Origin: Epithemia pelagica | Taxonomy: Eukaryota > Protista > Bacillariophyta | Direction: 5' to 3' | Length of the DNA: 64,000 nucleotides | Assembly: GCA_946965045.2 (NCBI GenBank) | Contig: OX337236.1 | Coordinates: 1,674,001 to 1,738,000, forward strand | Translations under genes and position numbers: made by a program | The notes under the pieces: model-generated | Told to the model about the DNA's origin: nothing | Database searches by the model: none | Seen by the model: the letters and a program-made list of their open reading frames with translations, nothing else | Shown: one piece after another, positions 57,807 through 64,000 of the stretch | Numbering within the stretch: the stretch's first letter is position 1 | Layout: each line of letters opens with the position of its first letter

Positions 57807-58179
57807 AGAGATCTGTGTGACTTTTCAATGAAGAAACATTGTTGAATAGATCTAAATTGATGAAACTGCGTTGTAAACCTCTATGGCCAGTGGTTTACTC
57901 TAACATAACCTACTCCTAGGTGTAGTTAGAAGTAGGAGTAGTACAGGTAGGTATGGTGACCTGGGTAGTTGAGCTAGCGAAAGCGATACTCCCCAGAGCG
58001 TCTGAAATGTGTCGTGAATTGGGTTAGGTGATGATCGATGATGACAGATGACCTAAAGTGACGCATAATATTTTCGCGAACGACTGATTGCTGATTTGCA
58101 CGCATCGATGCAGGTCAAACACATCATCGGCAGATGATTATCTTGTCAAACAAAAACGATCATATCAGAGGGCAAAGAA

Positions 58180-59187
58180 GTGCTGGACATAAACCTAGCG
58201 TGCATGATATTTCGAATTGGTCTTCTCTCGCTTCCCCTTGTTCTGGGGAAGTTACTGTGTCATCACTTCGCGTTCGCTTTTCCTGTTGGGAGGAAAGATT
58301 CGGTTACACCGTCTCGTGATCATCCGGGAAGAATAAAGTTCCATCCGCGGTGTGTCCATCAGGAGCGAGGTATACCGTTGCGGGTGTCATCTGGCTTTGG
58401 TTCTGGTGGTTTGTCTGGTAATTTTATATCGCAGCTTGCGGTTTTCGCGATCCAAGTGTGCTTGAAGGACTACACAGATGTTTCGTGTGATGTGTCGTCG
58501 CTGCCTCAAGATCTGTTTCGAGGAAAGATAGGATCCGTGACCGTGAAAGGGAAAGGGTGGAGAAGCTCGCGAGGATTGACGTGCAAGGCAATAGAAGCAA
58601 GTGTGGATTCATGTCAGCTTGACATTGCGCGCGTTCTTTCTGATCAGATACTTGTTCTCACATCCCCTGCTGAAGGAAAGGCTATGATTGCGCTTACGGC
58701 GCAAGATTTTGGTAATTTTATTACCCACCCACGGATTGAACGAGCAAAGCTGCAAGTCAGCAGTTCTGCTGGATTGTCTTCATCAACCATTGAGTTTTCT
58801 AGGGAAAACGTCCTTGTAGACCCAACAACAGGAACGGTGACGTTTTATGCGACATGCGCTGGGGTGTCCTGTGTATGCTCGCTCAAACGCCCATCAGCTC
58901 AACAAACAGAGGGGAGAGACGACAAAGGACCAAGGGCAAAGGCACTTGTGGAGGTGCGCACACTACAAGGGCACAAGGACGATCAATCAACAGAAATGGC
59001 AAGGAGACTGTCAAGAGTCCTGACAGACTTTTTCAACAATATTGTATTTGAGCTGTACGACGGCCTTTTCTTGTCATTCCGCGACATGATGGTTACCGAT
59101 AAGGGAAAGTCACCTAGTGTGTTGCTTGCACTGAATATTCGAGTTGAGAAGTTTCCTTCACCAGCCGTTCTCCCCAACAGTTTTTGA
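58180..59187 (+). CDS. DUF2993 / LmeA-like lipid-binding protein, possibly plastid-targeted
   Basis: DLFRGKIGSVTVKG, CQLDIARVL...LVLTSPAEGKAMIALTAQDFGNFI; hydrophobic N-terminus followed by AF. Confidence 0.6.
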   Translation: MLDINLACMIFRIGLLSLPLVLGKLLCHHFAFAFPVGRKDSVTPSRDHPGRIKFHPRCVHQERGIPLRVSSGFGSGGLSGNFISQLAVFAIQVCLKDYTDVSCDVSSLPQDLFRGKIGSVTVKGKGWRSSRGLTCKAIEASVDSCQLDIARVLSDQILVLTSPAEGKAMIALTAQDFGNFITHPRIERAKLQVSSSAGLSSSTIEFSRENVLVDPTTGTVTFYATCAGVSCVCSLKRPSAQQTEGRDDKGPRAKALVEVRTLQGHKDDQSTEMARRLSRVLTDFFNNIVFELYDGLFLSFRDMMVTDKGKSPSVLLALNIRVEKFPSPAVLPNSF

Positions 59188-60654
59188 TGATAACACAGAA
59201 TATGAAGAAAACCTGAGGAAGCCGTGCTTTGTACATAGGAGTAACCATAATTGCTGTCCTTTTTGTTCAGTTCCCCCTATACCATGCACGCCACGAACTT
59301 TCTGGGACATACCATCGTCGAGTTTAGAGGGTCGAAAAATTGGTCAAGGCGAGGAATAATCAAAGAAAAGTTACTTTGAGTTTTGGATCACAGGACTAGA
59401 CTAGAGAAGTAGGAGTATTTCACGGGGTCGATACACATCCTGAAAGGTATGCAACCCGCACTGTTATAGTTGCATTTAGGAGAGATACCTAAATAGTAGT
59501 GTACACATATCTTGGGATGATACTCCTAGAGGCGAATCGTCGATAGGAAGCGCTGCGTCAATCAACAAGCCGACCGAGGTCGCGTTCAAAGAACTGTGCG
59601 TTTCCAACTGCTGCGTCTGTCACCAACAAAAGGTAAAGACAGTCATCATCTCTGGACTTCGTTAACTCTTCTGGTGTAGGAAACGTTGATTACGGGGGAA
59701 TCGGTGCGTAGAATATGCTCTAAATGAGACACTCAGCAAATGCAATGCAACATTTAATATCCACTCGCTCAAAAAATTGTCGTCAAAGAATCTGCGATTC
59801 TAACTTGCAAGTGCCATTCTCATATTCAACATTCACTTTTGCATATTACCGGCTTCATTAAGTCGGTACCAAGAAATTCACCTGCTTCATAAAGCCTGTT
59901 CCAAGAAAATCGATGTCAAACGACTGTTCTGTGGAGACATGATTATTTTTTCAAATTGAATGCCACAAATCGTCATCTTTGTCGTCTGGTTACCATGCCC
60001 TCCATACCCTCAAACAGTTGGTTCATGTAGGCTTCCCCTGTCCCGACAAGAAAAACTGTCTTGATTGGACGCCCGCTGGGCTTGATAGTGCATGATACGA
60101 ATTACCAGTGCTCGTTGTTTCTACCTTCCCCGAATGATCCCCTTCAGCTTCCCTTCAGCAATGTTAGCAGCGTCTTCGTCAGAAACAATGCACCAGTTTT
60201 CAAACCCGAGATCAGTTGCAATTTCTTCACGTGGTACAACTTATTACTCGATCTTCGCCTTGGTTGCGTTCATTTTCCACATCGCTGAGAAGCATGCCAA
60301 ATTCTGACCTTGCCGCAACCGGTGGTCCGTCTATCTGTATTTCTGTATTGTTCGCTAATCAGATTGTTCTCCTCCATGAACTTTTCTTCGTTGTCATGAT
60401 CGTCTGGATGAAATCATACAATAGAGTCGACTGATGCGGTGAGATCTAGTCTACGCACGGACGGACGGTGTGTCTTTTGCGTTTGATCTTGTTGGTTGCG
60501 GCTGCTTGCGAAATCTCCGTCTGCCCGTCGAAAGTACCCATACATGGTTTGACCTCCGGGTTCCGGGTGGTATTGTGCTCAGGATGTCTGTCCGTCTGTC
60601 GTTTTCTGAACTTGACTCCAAACGTTGAAAGCTCGTCACTCGTCACCATTCACC

Positions 60655-62418
60655 ATGGGCGGCTCGGACGGTCCTGCGAACTCCCCCAGCAGCAAGGGGC
60701 ATCGTCATTCCGGTAGCCGACGCCGACGCAAAGCTCCGAGTCCAAATTCTATTCTTGATCAGAAAGCTCTTCTGATCGCGCTTGAAGATCGAGGAATTCC
60801 TGTCAAGCCTCTTCATCTTGCCGGACTGTATCAATCACTTCATCGCCAACACTATCCTGACCTGAAGACCTTTGTGGAAAACTACGAACTTCACGAACGA
60901 AAAGTTGATATCCAATCTGTGAGACCTCTGAAAAATGCGGTTTCGAACCGGAAGAATCGCAACAAAATCCAACTTCCGAAACCTTTGTTGGACTTTTTGA
61001 GAGACCCAGACAACGGCTTTGTGACGGTAACAAGTAAGATCGCAGTACAAAAAACATCGGGAGATGGAATGACAACTAAACTTGCCATTGAGCTTCACGA
61101 TGGTCAGCTTGTTGAATCTGTCTTGATGCGTTATCTAAGTCACGAAGGAAGTCGTGCTTCTCTTTGTGTTTCCAGTCAGTGCGGATGCGCCATGGGATGC
61201 ACCTTTTGTGCAACTGGAACCATGGGACTTTCCGGAAATCTGACATCGGGAGAAATTTTGGAGCAGATGGTCCATGCCGATCGCATATTGGCTCAAGAGT
61301 GGGAAGAACGATGGAAAGAGAATTCTCATGTACACAACACGGGCAGCAGCGATGATGTTGCTAATGTTAAACTCGATCTGGTTCGGAACGTTGTGTTCAT
61401 GGGTATGGGAGAACCCCTTGATAAGTAAGTGAAGATGATCGAAATTGGTCCCTTCGATATTAATTTTTATGTCTTAACGTTGTCTTTGCGGTTCAGCTAC
61501 GGAAATGTGGTTGAGGCTTGTCGTGCGTTGATTGACCGAAAACGGTGGAACTTGGCTCATGGAAGAGTTACAGTGTCCACTGTTGGGTTGGTGTCGCAGA
61601 TTCGTAAATTGACAAGGGAGTTACCCGAGGTTAGTTTGGCGTTATCTTTGCATGCACCGAATCAACCAATGCGCACAAGTATTGTCCCAACTGCGACACG
61701 TTACCCAATTGAGTCGTTGATCGAGGCACTGGATGAACACATGATGGCATACCTTCAAAAACGAAAACAACGAGCTTTAGAAGCTGCTACAGCGTCGGGG
61801 AAAACTTTTGATTACACAGCCGAAGAACGTATGAAAGAAAGTTCCCGCCGACGGGCAATGATTGAATATGTCATGTTGGAGGGAGAGACGTCATCCTTCG
61901 AATGCGCGCATCAGCTTGGTAAACTCTGCGAGAATCGTCATTTGGTGGTGAACCTAATTCCATACAACAAAACGAATGTAAAAGACAAACTCGCATGCCC
62001 CTCCTGGGAACACATGAAGGAATTTCAGAACATTGTTTCCTCGTATGGTACCTTTTGCACCATTCGGAGAACCATGGGAGCCGACATTGACAGTGCCTGT
62101 GGACAGTTGATAACCGCTGGGCAAAGCTCCTCGTCACCTACCACGAGCTCGGAGCAAGTGGCAAATCCTGTTCATGATATTGAGGACGCGGCGTCACCCA
62201 CCAAATCCCAATCTCGTTCCTCCAGTCGCCCCTTGTCCGCCAGATCCCTCCTCCACAAAGCCGTTGGAAACGATTCAGAAGCTGGGAATAGCAATGAGGG
62301 AAAACATGAAGGGAATCTGGAGAACTGGATAGTTCCTTTGTCCCTCGCCACGTCAATTTCGGCTACGTGTTTCGCTCTTGCAACTGTAGTCTTCCTGAAG
62401 CAATCGCCCCGTCGATAA
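60655..62418 (+). CDS. rlmN: RlmN/Cfr-family radical SAM RNA methyltransferase with C-terminal hydrophobic helix; intron 61425-61496
   Basis: VESVLM, CVSSQCGCAMGCTFCATG (CxxxCxxC), VFMGMGEPLD|NY, ALSLHAP, IEYVML, VNLIPYN, GADIDSACGQL. Confidence 0.92.
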
Positions 62419-62840
62419 TACGATTGAGGATATATTTGGCCATCCACATTTGGTAACAAGACAACAGTTTCTTGGTGTTATATTATTATTAGTAAGGTTT
62501 AGTAATGATGCGAATACATTGTTTCGTCGGGTCCATCCCCTGGACCGAGTAATCCATATGTTTATGATTTAGTCAGTGGTTTTTGTGCACTTTGTCTCGT
62601 GGCCGGTCTTGAATGACTGTGACGGAGAGGTCTAGCTAAAGAATCTACAGTCCGTTGTCGAACTCGTCGAAAAGAGTTTTCGTCGTTTGGAATTGCGTAC
62701 CGGACTGATCTGAGGATAGTTCGATTGCCCCTGGATGTTGGTGGAGGCATTGGAAAACTGGTGACAGTGCCCACGTGAAACATTCAAATGCGATTCGGCA
62801 TTGCTTTGCATAAGAGGCCCTCCAGGTCTCCAAGGGGCTG

Positions 62841-63473
62841 TCACACTGTGGCGCAGACGAATGGGAGAATGGTCCAGACGTCGTTTGGTTTGAAAGGAGC
62901 ATGGAGAAGGGCCCAAAGCAATGGCAGGAGTGATGGATGCTGTCGAACACGGGGTTTCCGTTGACCGTTTGTGGATTGGTGATGTTGCCACCGCTCTTCT
63001 ACTAGCGACAAGAGCAGACCGTTGTTTTTGAAGTTTCCAGACATGGCGACGTTGCAATAGTTTTCTGTGGATGACTGGAGGAAGCGAAAAAAAGAAGATT
63101 AGAAACTCAGGTTTTTAACGCAATGGAGACGCAGCACAAGAACCGACTTACCCGTATGACCATGTTCAGACTCGGAGAATCTGCGTGAAGCTCCATCATC
63201 AGACTCATCTCTTCCTTCTACAGATTGTTGGTGAATGTCCAAAATTTCGTCCCACATATCGAAATCGCTTCGGTATGTGGTGGTATTGACAGAGTCACGG
63301 GCCGCAGCGGGAGCGTAGTTCAGCACCCGATACGCATTGCGTGACTCACTAGGATGCGGCATGTGATCGTTGCAAGCACCATCGTCCTGTGACATGGACG
63401 GTGAAGGAAGTTGTGAAGGTTGTTGACGTTCGCTGGTGGAGGCAGGGCAGTACGTTTCTCGGGTGTCCATCAT
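62841..63473 (-). CDS. Small hypothetical protein; intron 63065-63151
   Basis: GTAAGT...CACAG intron joins MMDTRETY...HTG to (E)NYCNVAMSG... in frame; weakly hydrophobic C-terminus. Confidence 0.5.
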
Positions 63474-64000
63474 TGTGTTTTCCTTCCTTATCTTCCTCTT
63501 CAGTGGCAAACCGATCAATATGGAGTCCGGGATATGAACAATCCAATAAAAGTATTTGATGTATCTTGGAATGTTTTGACAACAAGAGTCAAACGGTGGA
63601 CCTATCTTGTTGATCGGTTGATTCTGTTTGAATCGCCATTTGCCGTTGTGTCGCTTATTTTGTGACAACGATTTGAGTTTTTCAAAAGTGTAGGTCGACA
63701 ATTCGCGAAGACAAGCGGCCGGTACATTCCTCGCTAGTCTCGTACAGTTTTACTCCATAGAGTCACACATGTTTGGAATCTTGAAATCGGATTTCACTTA
63801 ACGAGCACAGTGACTGAAACATCTTCGGGTGAAACAGTTGAACGCCATTCAAGCGTGCGTCCGCATGGACGGACGGTTGTCTCGCCATATTGAATTTTGG
63901 CGCACCGGTACACTCAAGACTATTGTACACTTGAAAAGGCCCATTGAGCGACGCCAGCGCAGGTCCCCCAAAGTCCCCCGACCTCTGCCTCCGATCTCCG

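Noticed and set aside
59520-60300. Protein-looking minus-strand fragments suggesting a pseudogene
   Set aside because: Needs ad hoc frameshifts, stop density is close to random expectation, and no motif is recognisable.
28751-62418. Apparent clustering of RNA/transcription genes (PARN, DHX35, BTAF1, 2H enzyme, cyclin H, RlmN)
   Set aside because: Common housekeeping classes in mixed orientation in a eukaryotic genome; no evidence of a functional cluster.
1-64000. tRNA, rRNA or CRISPR arrays
   Set aside because: No T-loop/cloverleaf, rRNA-like tract or regularly spaced direct repeats were noticed by eye; not checked with tRNAscan or Infernal.

Overview
Gene-dense eukaryotic nuclear DNA, most likely a pennate diatom (inferred from bipartite signal-peptide+GF plastid presequences, short GT-AG introns and diatom-type hypothetical families). 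About 20 host genes can be supported: TMEM131-like, SLC35F, plastid rubredoxin RBD1, PDK, a TPR protein, PARN, DHX35, Mot1/BTAF1, AIM24, a 2H phosphoesterase, DUF3754, cyclin H, a CmcJ/NvfI-like oxygenase, a Ubl protein, a Spondin_N protein, DUF2993, an RlmN-like radical SAM enzyme and several hypotheticals. Four mobile elements are visible: an intact hAT transposase with one candidate TIR, a 1.3 kb element with 77-bp perfect TIRs, a 438-bp TA-flanked Tc1/mariner-type MITE, and, most interesting, a degenerate RAG1/Transib-like DDE transposase (18058-21700) lying tail-to-tail, 3 bp apart, with an intact 478-494 aa ORF that may start with a BAH-like domain. That layout recalls RAG1L/RAG2L transposons but the partner is not RAG2-like. 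All homology calls come from motif recognition by eye; no searches were run.
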